Positions 1-12,212 of a stretch of DNA of 64,000 nucleotides are shown here, piece by piece. The position numbers were made by a program, and so were the translations under genes. This DNA is from Eledone cirrhosa (Eukaryota): the NCBI GenBank assembly GCA_964016885.1, contig OZ024761.1:868001-932000 (forward strand). The letters run 5' to 3'. Every line of letters begins with the position of its first letter. The stretch's first letter is position 1. A model generated the notes under the pieces. The model was given only the letters and a program-made list of their open reading frames with translations, ran no database searches and was not told where the DNA came from.

Positions 1-244
1 AAATCTATCAAAGACTAGGGGAGGGGGGAGTGGGGGTACTAAGGCTACATGGGGCCAAAGGGCAGCCTCGGGTGGGCGAGAAAAGACGCCGACAAAGGAG
101 AAGAGCTGGGGTAGAAGGACAAAGGAGAGAGGGGGGAAGGAAATAAAGGATGCGATAAAAGAATACAAAGAAGATCTTACGTCTTCCTTGGCAAGCAGGG
201 GTTACCCATTGCAAAATCGGCAACTGGGGTGTTAAAGCCCTAGT

Positions 245-1739
245 CTACCCCCCCGGGTCATTATGGGGTTTGAGGGCGAGGTAAGTCCTACGCAATCTAT
301 GTTTACATGCAGTAACCAGTTCATCTTTCTTGTTTAGGAGTTGGTCCGTCGAAAACAGCATTTGTAAAGTTTCCTCCGAGCATAAATTGCACGGACGGCG
401 TCCTCCCGTGTAAGAATTGGCTCTGGACAGTAATCTCCAAGTGAGATCATAGGTGATGTTGTTGTCCTTGAGGTCCCATATGTGGCCCGAAAGTGTAGTG
501 GCGTGACGCCGGGCCGGGTTTCGGAAGGTATGTCTATGTTGGTATAGCCGGGTCTTGAAGTCACATGCGGTAAGTCCTATATAGGCTTTGTTGGAGGTAT
601 CCGTCCTCACGTTGCACTGGTAGATCACATTACGGTCTCTGCATCTATTGTCGAGTGGGCAAATAGATCTATCCGGGCAGTTACACCTCCTGGTCGGTTC
701 TCCACTGCTATTTAGGTTATTTCTGCCATCGGGGTTGAGTTTTTTGTTGTTAGAGGAGACGATGTTTTGTGCGAAGTTTGGTGTAGTGCTGTAAGAGAGT
801 TTGATGGTATTTTTGTTAATTATGTTGTGGTAGCGGTGTTGTAATGGGAAGTGTTTTTCAATGAGCCTAAAGAATAGTTTCCCGATGGGAGTAGTCACCT
901 CTGCGTTGTGGGGAGGATTGAACCATGTTACATTGCGTGAGCGGCGGTGTCTCCTGCTGGTTCCGCTAATGGGATCTGGACAGTAGGATATTTCCTCCCG
1001 GAAACCACTCCGCTTGAGGGCCTGGTTGTAATAAGGCGCATGTTCATCGAATATCCGCTCATTAGCTGACAAACGGGATATGCGGAGGGAGATGTTTTTG
1101 ACCAGGTTGTTTGTGATGTTCCTAGGATGGTTTGATCGGCGGTGGATGTAGTGCAGATTGTCATTAGGTTTCCTGTATGGGTAGTACAGGTCGTTTTCGA
1201 GGTCGAGGGTTACGTCCAGGAAGTTTACTCGGGTCAGGGACGTTTGTAGGGTTATTTTAAATCCCCAGTCGCGGAAGAATCTGATTAATTGTTTCCGGAC
1301 CCGATCTGTACTACTGGGGTTGTACCCTTTAAGGGTAAGGAGCCCATCATCACGGTACAATCCACCACCGAATGCAGGAAACATATCAGTGAGTTTGGCT
1401 ATTAGGAATAATCCTATAAGATCAGTGACCTCCGCCGAATCCGTGGCGCCCATGCTGACGTCGAAGGGTGAGTCGGGAGCTCTTTTTATCCATTTAGAGT
1501 CGTCAAAGAGTAAGACTGTCTTCCTGGCGTGGAGGATGATTTTTCTTTCCTGGTCGGTGATGGGCACGAGTGTTTCGGCGAAGTCCAAGGCGGCAGTAAG
1601 TAGCGGTAAGGTGATTGAAGCATAGTAGCTCTCTATGTCGAACTGTATGAATTTAGTTTCTCGTTTATCCTCCATATTGCTGAACCAGGAGATTACTTCC
1701 TGGGTGTTGATCCATAGGCTAAGTCGGGTGTGTTGCTTG
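245..1739 (-). mobile_element. Penelope-like element ORF (5'-truncated): reverse transcriptase + CxCx5Cx5C linker + GIY-YIG endonuclease, Naiad-like
   Basis: ORF 245..1675 has RT motifs FDIESYY, MGATDSAEVTDLIG, GLYRDDGL and NFLDVTLDL, the linker CNCPDRSICPLDNRC, and GIY-YIG VIYQC...YIGLT...FKTRLYQH with CNLC. The frame stays open upstream (KQHTRLSLWINTQEVISWFSN) to the junction near 1739. Confidence 0.93.
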
Positions 1740-1761
1740 ACTAAGTCGGGTGTGTTGCTTG

Positions 1762-3650
1762 CCCATTACAACACCGCTACCACAACATAATTAACAAAAA
1801 TACCATCAAACTCTCTTACAGCACTACACCAAACTTCGCACAAAACATCGTCTCCTCTAACAACAAAAAACTCAACCCCGATGGCAGAAATAACCTAAAT
1901 AGCAGTGGAGAACCGACCAGGAGGTGTAACTGCCCGGATAGATCTATTTGCCCACTCGACAATAGATGCAGAGACCGTAATGTGATCTACCAGTGCAACG
2001 TGAGGACGGATACCTCCAACAAAGCCTATATAGGACTTACCGCATGTGACTTCAAGACCCGGCTATACCAACATAGACATACCTTCCGAAACCCGGCCCG
2101 GCGTCACGCCACTACACTTTCGGGCCACATATGGGACCTCAAGGACAACAACATCACCTATGATCTCACTTGGAGATTACTGTCCAGAGCCAATTCTTAC
2201 ACGGGAGGACGCCGTCCGTGCAATTTATGCTCGGAGGAAACTTTACAAATGCTGTTTTCGACGGACCAACTCCTAAACAAGAAAGATGAACTGGTTACTG
2301 CATGTAAACATAGATTGCGTAGGACTTACCTCGCCCTCAAACCCCATAATGACCCGGGGGGGTAGACTAGGGCTTTAACACCCCAGTTGCCGATTTTGCA
2401 ATGGGTAACCCCTGCTTGCCAAGGAAGACGTAAGATCTTCTTTGTATTCTTTTATCGCATCCTTTATTTCCTTCCCCCCTCTCTCCTTTGTCCTTCTACC
2501 CCAGCTCTTCTCCTTTGTCGGCGTCTTTTCTCGCCCACCCGAGGCTGCCCTTTGGCCCCATGTAGCCTTAGTACCCCCACTCCCCCCTCCCCTAGTCTTT
2601 GATAGATTTGGCGGACTCCGCCCTTTATAGCAGTTGGCTTAGACCCCGGATACTTGCCCCCCTTTTCCGACCGCTCCCACTATTCTCTGTGCCCTCTTTA
2701 TTTCTTAGTGGCACTTATGCCTTATTTTTTCGTTTCAGTATTTCTTGCTTCGCTTTTCTTCTGGGCGGGGTGGATTCTGAACTTATTTCTCCGTATTCTA
2801 CCTTTATTTCGTACGAACTTTCATGTAGCTTGTTTTAGATCTTTTAGAGTTAGCATTAGTATATATTTTTCCCGGGACTCAGAATTATTATGTCGTACAA
2901 GTTCACTTTGCTGCACTGGGTCGTTGCTGGCCCGGGATGGAAACCTTTATTGTTTATTTCGTGGTAGTCTCTTTAGTATTTTGGCCCCTTTTGTTGACCA
3001 GTCACCGTATCATTTACGTACTTATACCTCTTAAAAGGGTCCTTGCTTAATTCGTCCCACCTAGTTCTTTTACTTATTTCCTTATTTATTTATTTATTTA
3101 TTTATTTACTTCTTTCTTTCTTTCTTTATTTTATTCTCGCCTAACAATAGCCTGACACCTAGGTCGTAGAATTTAATTTTTTCTTTACACTTTTTTGCTT
3201 TTCTTCACTCTCAGTATTTTTTCTTTCCTATTTTTACCCCCCATTGTTCTACCTACCGTTCCGACTTCCTCCCCCTCCCCCTCCCCTGTATCTTCTTTGA
3301 CCTCATGCCCAGCTGTAGCTGGCACTACCAACGCTTGATTGGGTCTACTCCACCCCCTCCCCTCTTTCCCCTACTGGCAGGTTTAGCCACCATCTCCCCT
3401 ACTAATTTGCAACCACAGAATTACTACTGATTTTTGACAATCACTTTGACCATATATGGAATTACCCCTTGAGAAGATCGGCTATTTAAATACCAGGATA
3501 AATGTTCATTTAGTCCAGAATTAGCCGTCGAAACGGCTTGAGCTCAGCTGTCGGGGTCTTACTGGTTCCTATTACCCACTCTACTACCTCAAGTATTGAG
3601 TACTTTGGTGCGTTATGGTCCACCTGGTTCCTTACCACATTTCCTTCGTT
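1762..3650 (+). mobile_element. Inverted PLE segment/pseudo-LTR (GIY-YIG C-terminus, long 3' region, hammerhead)
   Basis: 1762-2609 is the reverse complement of 1-848, and identical ORFs appear on both strands in the track. It continues through a pyrimidine-rich 3' region to a (TA)n tract at about 3650. Confidence 0.9.
3464..3557 (+). ncRNA. Type I hammerhead ribozyme, U3-A8 core variant
   Basis: Stem I ACCCC/GGGGT, core TTGAGAA, stem II GA(T)CGGCTA/TAGCCGTC, GAAA, stem III CGGCT/AGCTG around TGAGCTCA, GUC cleavage triplet ending at 3552. Confidence 0.8.
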
Positions 3651-3685
3651 ATATATATATATATATATATACTCATACATACATA

Positions 3686-4191
<506 letters not shown>

Positions 4192-4197
4192 ATATAT

Positions 4198-4531
4198 GGA
4201 GGCACATGGCTTAGTGGTTAGAGCATTGGCCTTGCAATCGAAAGGTTGTGAGTTCAATTCTCAGACCGGGCGATGTGTTGTTTCCTTGAGCAAGACACTT
4301 TATTTCACATTGCTCCAGTTTACTCAGCTGTAGAAATGAGATGATAGGGACTGGGGTCCCTATCATTCCACTGCAAAGTGGTCGTGGAGGTGCCACGGAA
4401 AAAAAGCACCCAGCACTCACTGTAAATGAGGTTGGTGTTAGGAAGGGCATCCAGCTGTAGAAATCAAGCCAGAATCAGTTCCTGTCCCACCCTTGCAAGC
4501 AGGGAAAACTGGACGTAAAATGATGATGATG
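4198..4531 (+). mobile_element. SINE family 1 (tRNA head, RTE-type (ATG)n tail)
   Basis: A-box TGGCTTAGTGG, B-box GTTCAATTC, body CCTTGAGCAAGACACTT...AGGAAGGGCATCCAGC, and tail GGACGTAAAA(TGA)n. Near-identical copies occur elsewhere in the window. Confidence 0.9.
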
Positions 4532-4533
4532 TT

Positions 4534-4602
4534 TATATATATATACTCATACATACATATATATATACTCATACATATATATATATATATATATACTCAT
4601 AC

Positions 4603-4638
<36 letters not shown>

Positions 4639-4816
4639 TCATACATAAATATATATATATATACCCATACATAAATATATATATATATACTCATACATAA
4701 ATATATATATATATATACTCATACATAAATATATATATATATATACTCATAAATATATATATATATACTCTCATAAATATATATATATATACTCATAAAT
4801 ATATATATATATACTC

Positions 4817-4858
<42 letters not shown>

Positions 4859-5068
4859 TCATACATAAATATATATATATATATACTCATACATAAATAT
4901 ATATATATACTCATACATATATATACTCATATATATATATATATATATATATACTCATACATACATATTTATATATATATATACTCATACATATATATAT
5001 ATATATATACTCATATATATATATACTCATACATATATATATATATACACATATATATACTCATACAT

Positions 5069-5103
<35 letters not shown>

Positions 5104-5114
5104 CTCATACATAC

Positions 5115-5155
<41 letters not shown>

Positions 5156-5229
5156 TATATACACACATATATATATACTCATACATACACATACATATAA
5201 TCATACATACACATACATATATATATACT

Positions 5230-5292
<63 letters not shown>

Positions 5293-5312
5293 TCATACAT
5301 ATATATATATAT
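4534..5312. repeat. TA-rich compound microsatellite (TACTCATACA interruptions)
   Basis: Direct reading of the sequence. Confidence 0.95.
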
Positions 5313-6012
5313 ATCATCATCATCATCAGGTTTAGCGTCCGTGTTCCACGCTTGCATGGGTTTGGACGGGGGTTTTCCCACTTGAGGCAAGAGTGGTTGT
5401 CTTGCTCGCATAGGACTGTCTGGCGGGTTTTCTACAGTTGGATGCCCTTCCTAACACCAACCACATTTACAGTGTGGGGCTGGGAGGTTTTTACCGTGTT
5501 GCCTACACGGCCACATTACAGCGTGGACTGTCTGGCAGGTTTTCTACAGCTGGATGCCCTTCCTAACACCAACCACATTTACAGTGTGGGGCTGGGAGGT
5601 TTTTACCGTGTTGCCTACACGGCCACATTTACAGCGTGGACTGTGTGTTTTTTTGTCGTGACACCTACACGATCTCATTTGTTTCGGCCTGGATGTTGTG
5701 GGACCAACATAACTTTACATTGAAAGGAAGGGGCGGTGTGGATGGGGTGGAGGTAGTGGGACGGGGGGGTGTTTTGATAGAGATGCCTACTGACTGTAGT
5801 AGGTTTTTACTTTGTATTTAGGTAAGGCGGGTCTTCTCTATTACTGAGTACCGCCAAAGGTCTCGGTCCAGTGACATTGTCTTGGAGAGGTGTAAGCGTG
5901 TGAGGTCGGAATTTATCAGCTCGTCCCATGTTTTTCTGGGTCTGCCTACTGCCTACTCCGTCTATCTTTATTGCCCTGCACTTTGTTATACAGCTGTCGT
6001 CTTTCAATGCGC
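5313..6012 (-). mobile_element. RTE LINE 3' fragment with internal ~113-bp 3'-UTR duplication
   Basis: Reverse complement matches 42845-43432 (MKDDSCITKCRAIKIDG, then 3' UTR and ATG tail). The segment GGACTGTCTGGC...ACAGCGTGGACTG is present twice. Confidence 0.92.
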
Positions 6013-6032
6013 GTCACTACCGTCTATTTTTA

Positions 6033-6556
6033 TTGCAGGGCAATAAAAATAGACGGTAGCCACGGAGTAGGCAGATCCAGAAAAACCTGGGACGACTTGA
6101 TAAATTCTGACCTCACACACTTACACCTCACCAAGACAATGTCACTGGACCGAGATCTTTGGCGCTACACAGTTATACAGAAGATCCGCCTTGCCTAAGT
6201 ACAAAGCGAAACCTACAGTCAGTAGACACTTCTAACAAAATACACTCCGTCCCACTACTCCCACCCCCTTAAATGTGAAGTTATGTTGGTACCACAACAT
6301 CCAGTGCGAAACAAATGAGGTTGTGTAGGTGTCACGGCAAAAAAACACACAGTCCACGCTGTAATGTGGCCGTGTAGGTAACACGGTAAAAACCTCCCAG
6401 TCCACACTGTAAACGTGGTTTGTGTTAGGAAGGGCATCCAGCCGTAGAAAACCCGCCAGACACTCCTGAGCAAGACAACCAATCTTGCCTCAAGTGGGAC
6501 AATTCCCGTCCAGACCCATGCTAGCGTGGAAAATGGACGTATGATGATGATGATGA
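6033..6556 (+). mobile_element. RTE LINE 3' fragment
   Basis: CRAIKIDGSHGVGRSRKTWDDLINSD...RLA*, then 3' UTR and (ATG)n tail. Confidence 0.92.
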
Positions 6557-6695
6557 TACATACATATATACATATATAAATGTATATATATGTATATATA
6601 TATCTATATATATATATACATACATACATATGTATATATGGACGTTAAACGATGAGGATGATGATATATGTATGTATAAATGTATGTATATATGT

Positions 6696-9600
6696 AATTT
6701 GTCAAATCTTATTAATGGTCACACTGCTGTGAAATGTAATGTAAAATGCCATTTTCGTTTCTTGCCTCTCCATCTTCCCGTTCCATCTCAATGCTATTCT
6801 ATAATTCTGTCAGGTTGTTCTAAATATTATTCGCTTATTACTGTTATATGCTTGTCCAATTATGCCCAAAATTCGAGGATTTTATTTAAACCTTCTCGTT
6901 TGTTTTTCTAAAATAACAATCTCTTTTGTTTAATTTTGGCCAAAAATTCTTGTTTTATAACCTTCTAGTTTGTTTTTCTAAAATAACAATCTCGTTCGTT
7001 TAATTTTGGCCGAAAATCCTAGGATTTCTAAAAAGGCCCCCTTGCCCCTCCTAATCTTTACTACCCCCCCCCCCCCCCCATATCGTATACGCGCCTTCTG
7101 GTTCGCCCCCCGCCCCTCTCTCAATCACTCCCTTCTCTCACCAAATATAAAATAAACCTGTTATGAGGTACGAATCTCAGAATTTGTCAAATCTTATTAA
7201 TGGTCACACTGCTCGCACTCCTGTGAAATGTAATGTAAAATGCCATTTTCTTTTCTTGTCTCTCCATCTTCCCGGTCCATCTCAATGCTATTCTATAATA
7301 TTATTCGCTTATTACTGTTATATGCTTGTTCAATTATGCCCAAAATTCGAGGATTTTATTTAAACCTTCTTGCTAACTACCCCATACCCCTCCCACCCGC
7401 CCCCACTCGCCACCATTATTATTATTTCGACCAATCATAAGTCAGCGGCCTATGCTATCATTTCTTCCGGTTGCCTTTCGATATGATGGATGGACTAGGG
7501 AATTCTGGAGAGTCTGAAAAATCTGGACACTCAGTGACAATGCCAAAGAAAAAGACAAATTCACCTCATGCTGCCGGACGAAGAGGCAAGGACTCCTCTT
7601 TGTTTCGGCCGCGGATGGCCAACATAACCCCAAGCCCAGCCCCTTCACCGCACCCCACCGTTCCCACCCACCAAACACAATCCAAAACTTCAGAGTTGAT
7701 ACCATGAATCTAGGCACCTTAAAAGGTCGCTCTAACAAGGTTGTAGAAATGCTTGAACGTAAGGAGGTTGATGTTTGCTGTATCCAAGAGTCCAATTGGA
7801 GGGGTGGGTCTGCTAGATTCATTGTGGGTAAAAAACGATGCTATAAGATTTTCTGGGTGGGAAATGACAATGGGCTGGGTGGGGTAGGAATCATGTTAGC
7901 AGAAAAATGGGTATATAGGATAATAGACGTAAATAGAGTGAAAGACAGAATAATTAAAATAAGACTTGTCCTAAATAGAACTACTGTGACAGTAATATCT
8001 GCGTACGCACCCCAATCCGGACTGCCTGGCGTTATAAAAGACAGATTCTATGATATTGATGCTCACTACCTCCCAAATAACCGACAGTGACTACATAATT
8101 ATTGCTGGCGACCTAAATGGTCACGTTGGACAACATTGTGATGGCTATGTCGGAATCCATGGAGGCTATGGGTTTGGTACTAGAAATGACGAAGGCTCCA
8201 GAATCCTGGAATTCTGGGACTCAAATAACCTAACTGTCTGTAACACTAACATCAAAGAACGAGACAATTACTTGATCACCTATAGATCAGAGGAACACGC
8301 CAGTCAGATAGATTATATTCTTACCAGAAGACGTGATAGAGTGTCTGTTGTAAACACTAAATCCCTCCCCCATGAAGAATGCACCTCCCAATATAGACTC
8401 ATAGTCAGCGACCTCATAGTCAGGACAAGACGTACTCGACAACAGAGGAGGACTATCCTCAGGAGAAAAATATGGAAGCTGAAGGACCCCGCAGCCAGTA
8501 ATAAATTTAAAAGCATATTACTTGATGCTTTTGACAGTAAGGTAGAGCAATTAGAGTCGTACAATATAGAGGAACAGTGGGAATTCCTGAAAGCTAACCT
8601 GCTGAAGGCGGCAGATGATGTCTGTGGCTGGAGCAGGCCTATAGGCAGGAGGAGAGTAACGTGGAGGTGGAACAGTAAGGTGGAGGAGTCAATTAAGGCC
8701 CAAAAGTAGGCTTGGAAAGTATGGCGGGATGGGGGAAGTAGAGAAGACTACCAAGTGGCCAAGAGGGAAGCTAGGAGACAAGTGTACTTCGCAAGAAGGG
8801 AAGCAGAGGAAAGAAAGTTCAAGCAAGTTCTACAACGCGAGGACCAAAAACGTGAGGTGTTCAGGATTGCTAGGCAATGTGTCAAGGAAAACAGTGATAT
8901 TGTCGGGGAGAAGTGTGTCCTTAATGATGATAGTGTACTTGCCATCACTGACGCTGATAAGAAGGTAGCTTGGAAGTGTCACTACGAAAGACTACTAAAT
9001 GAGGAGAATAATTGGGAGAAAGACAGTCTCCCCCACATCGATCCAATAGAGGGACCAGCAGTGCTAGTTGAAGGTAGTATAATAAGTAAGGCAATCAAAG
9101 ATATGAAGACGGGTAAGGCGGCTGGGCCTTCGGAAATAGTTGCTGAAATGCTGAAAGCATCTAGAACGGTAGGACACACTATGGTCAGCCGGATAGTAAA
9201 CCAAATCATACAGAATGGGGCCGTTCCGAAGTACTGGCATATCAGCATCATCATTAACTGCTACAAGGGTAAAGGAGATGCCCTAGATAGGGGTAACTAA
9301 TTAATCGACCAGGTCATGAAGGTCACAGAAAAAGTAATAGCACAACTAATCAGAGAGCGAATTGATCCAGATGAAATGCAGTTCAGGTTTGTGTCAGGTA
9401 AAAGTACCACAGATGCTCTTTTCATTGTACGACAACTACAGGAGAAGTACCTAGCTAAAAGTAAACCCTATACTTAGCTTTTGTTGACTTGGAAAAGCCT
9501 TTGACAGAGTCCCCCGCTCCATTATCTGGTGGGCTCTTAGAAAACTAGGTGTTGGTGAATGGCTTGTGAGAGCTATACAAGCTATGTATAAAGAAACAGT

Positions 9601-10950
9601 CAGCAAGGTTAGAATTAACAACGAATATAGTGAAGAGTTTAGCGTAAAAGTTGGTGTTCATCAGGGCTCCGTCCTTAGCCCCCTCCTATTTATTATTGCC
9701 CTTCAGGCTATAACAGAGGAGTTCAAGACTGGCTGCCCATGGGAACTCCTATACGCAGATGATCTAACGCTCATAGCTGAATCAATGGCCGAACTAGAGA
9801 AGAAATTCCAAATATGGAAGCATGGCCTAGAATCAAAAGGCCTTAAAATTAACCTGTCTAAGACTAAAGTTCTAGTTTGTAGGAAGGAAAATAGGGCACC
9901 GGTCCCATCTGGGAAATGGCCATGCTCAGTGTATAGGAAAGGAATAGGCAGAAACTAGCTAGAATACTAGCTCATTCCATTGCACAGATGGTTCTATAGA
10001 AATAGTGGACACCTTCCGTTACCTGGGTGACAAAATCAGCAATGGTGGAGGGTGCTCTGAAAGTACAGTAGCTAGAGTCAGAACTGGATGGAAAAAGTTC
10101 AGAGAGCTTATACCACTATTGGCCGCTAAAGGGTTCTCTCTAAAAATGAAAGGCAGGCTGTATGATGCCTGCATACGAACAGAAATGTTGCATGGCAGTG
10201 AGACCTGGGCATTGTGTGCAGAGGATATATGCAGACCGGAGAGGAACGAAGCTTGCATGCTCCACTGGATGTGTAATAGTAATATACGTGAATGGCAAAG
10301 CATAAACAAACTAAGGGAGAAATTAGGAATAAGAGGGATCAGATGCTGTTTACTCGAGAGAAGACTACGTGATGCGCATGAAAGACGACAGCTGTATAAA
10401 AAAGTGCAGGGTGATAAAAATAGACGGTAGCCACAGATTAGGCAGACCCAGAAAAACCTGGGACGACTTGATAAATTTCGACCTCACACACTTACACCTC
10501 TCCAAGACAATGTCACTGGACCGAGATCTTTGGTGCTACACAGTAATAGAGAAAACCCGCCTTACCTAAGTACAAAGCGAAACCTACAGTCAGTAGGCAC
10601 CTCTAACAAAAATGCACACCTGTCCCACTAACCCCACCCCAATCCCCACCACCACTTCCAATGTAAAGTTATGTTGGTACGACAACATCCAGTCCGAAAC
10701 AAATGAGGTCGTGTAGGTGTCACAACAAAAAAAAAACACAGTCCACGCTGTAATGTGGCCGTGTAGGTAACACGGTAAAAACCTCCCAGTTCACACTGTA
10801 AACGTGGTTGGTGCTAGGAAGGGCATCCAGCCATAGAAAACCCGCCAGATAGTCCTATACGAGCAAGACAACCACTCTTGCCTCATGTGGGAAAATTCCC
10901 GTCCAAATCCATGCTAGCGTGGAAGATGGACGTTAAACGATGATGATGAT
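6696..10950 (+). mobile_element. Full-length but degraded RTE LINE (APE endonuclease + RT) with duplicated 5' leader
   Basis: Fragmented ORFs 7704-10569 match the 982-aa ORF (IAGDLNGHVG, QIDYILTR, LLYADDL), with stops and frameshifts and most of the Cys finger deleted near 9960. Homology to the 39.6-kb copy starts at ACCTTCTTGCTA (about 7363). Inclusion of 6696-7362 in the element is inferred. Confidence 0.9.
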
Positions 10951-10951
10951 G

Positions 10952-11011
<60 letters not shown>

Positions 11012-11612
11012 CATATACATATGTATACACATATATACACACACATATGTACGTGTATATAGATATATATATATACATATACATACATGTATACACATAT
11101 ATACACACACATATGTACGTGTATATATATATATATATACATATACATACATGTATACATATATAGACACACATAAGAGTTATTATCAAAGATAGATAGA
11201 TAGAATAATTAAAATTTCATACACTTAACATGCATGCACGCCCAAGGGCATGCATATATGTTAAGTGTATTAAATTTTAATTATACTAAATAAGCTCTCT
11301 TGCAATAGATTTTGCATTGTTTTCCTTTTATCTACGGATAAGCTTTAAACTAACATATTTCTTTATTGTACTGTGTTATTTGCTTTGATATTTCTGTTTA
11401 CTTTTCACATGTATGTGTGTGTGTGTATATGTATATATATATACACACACATATACACACACCAACACACACATATATATATATATATACATATTAGCAA
11501 CACACTATAATTATATTGTGTTGTTTATTATGTAATTAAATAGCTCTGTACAATACATAGAGCACACTTTTTTCCTTTACCTTTTTTATAGAAATACTTA
11601 ACACACACACAC

Positions 11613-11648
<36 letters not shown>

Positions 11649-11878
11649 TTATTATATTACATTCAAAGTAAAGGATGTCATGAATGATACAAAATCAAAC
11701 ATGTCTTGTCTCTAAAAATACCTCAAGATAGAATTCAGAGAATAAAATCGAGCCTTGATCATTTTAAGAAAGTTAATGAACTATATACATACACACTTAA
11801 CTTGCATTAAGATATATCAAAACTAGAGACAATCTGCACTAAATATAAGATGACATAATATATATATATATAGAGAGA

Positions 11879-12200
11879 GAGGCACATGGCTTAGTGGTTA
11901 GAGCATTGGCCTTGCAATCGAAAGGTTGTGAGTGATGTGTTGTTTCCTTGAACAAGACACTTTATTTCACATTGCTCCAGTTTACTCAGCTGTAGAAATG
12001 AGATGATAGGGACTGGGGTCCATATCATTCCACTGCAAAGTGGTCGTGGAGGTGCCATGGCAAAAAAGCACCCAGCACTCACTGTAAATGAGGTTGGTGT
12101 TAGGAAGGGCATCCAGCTGTAGAAATCAAGCCAGCATCAGTTCCCGTCCTACCCTTGCAAGCAGGGAAAAAGCGGACGTAAAATGAAATGATGATGATGA
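11879..12200 (+). mobile_element. SINE family 1 (B-box region deleted)
   Basis: Matches 4198-4531. Confidence 0.9.
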
Positions 12201-12212
12201 TATATATATATA

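Noticed and set aside
8-223. 71-aa ORF present twice (also 2387..2602)
   Set aside because: Duplicated only because of the PLE inverted arm; it is low-complexity 3' region sequence.
245-1739. Telomerase or retron RT
   Set aside because: The C-terminal GIY-YIG, Cys linker and pseudo-LTR with hammerhead identify a Penelope-like element.
4198-4270. tRNA gene
   Set aside because: A and B boxes are present, but the sequence runs into a multi-copy SINE body; it is a SINE head.
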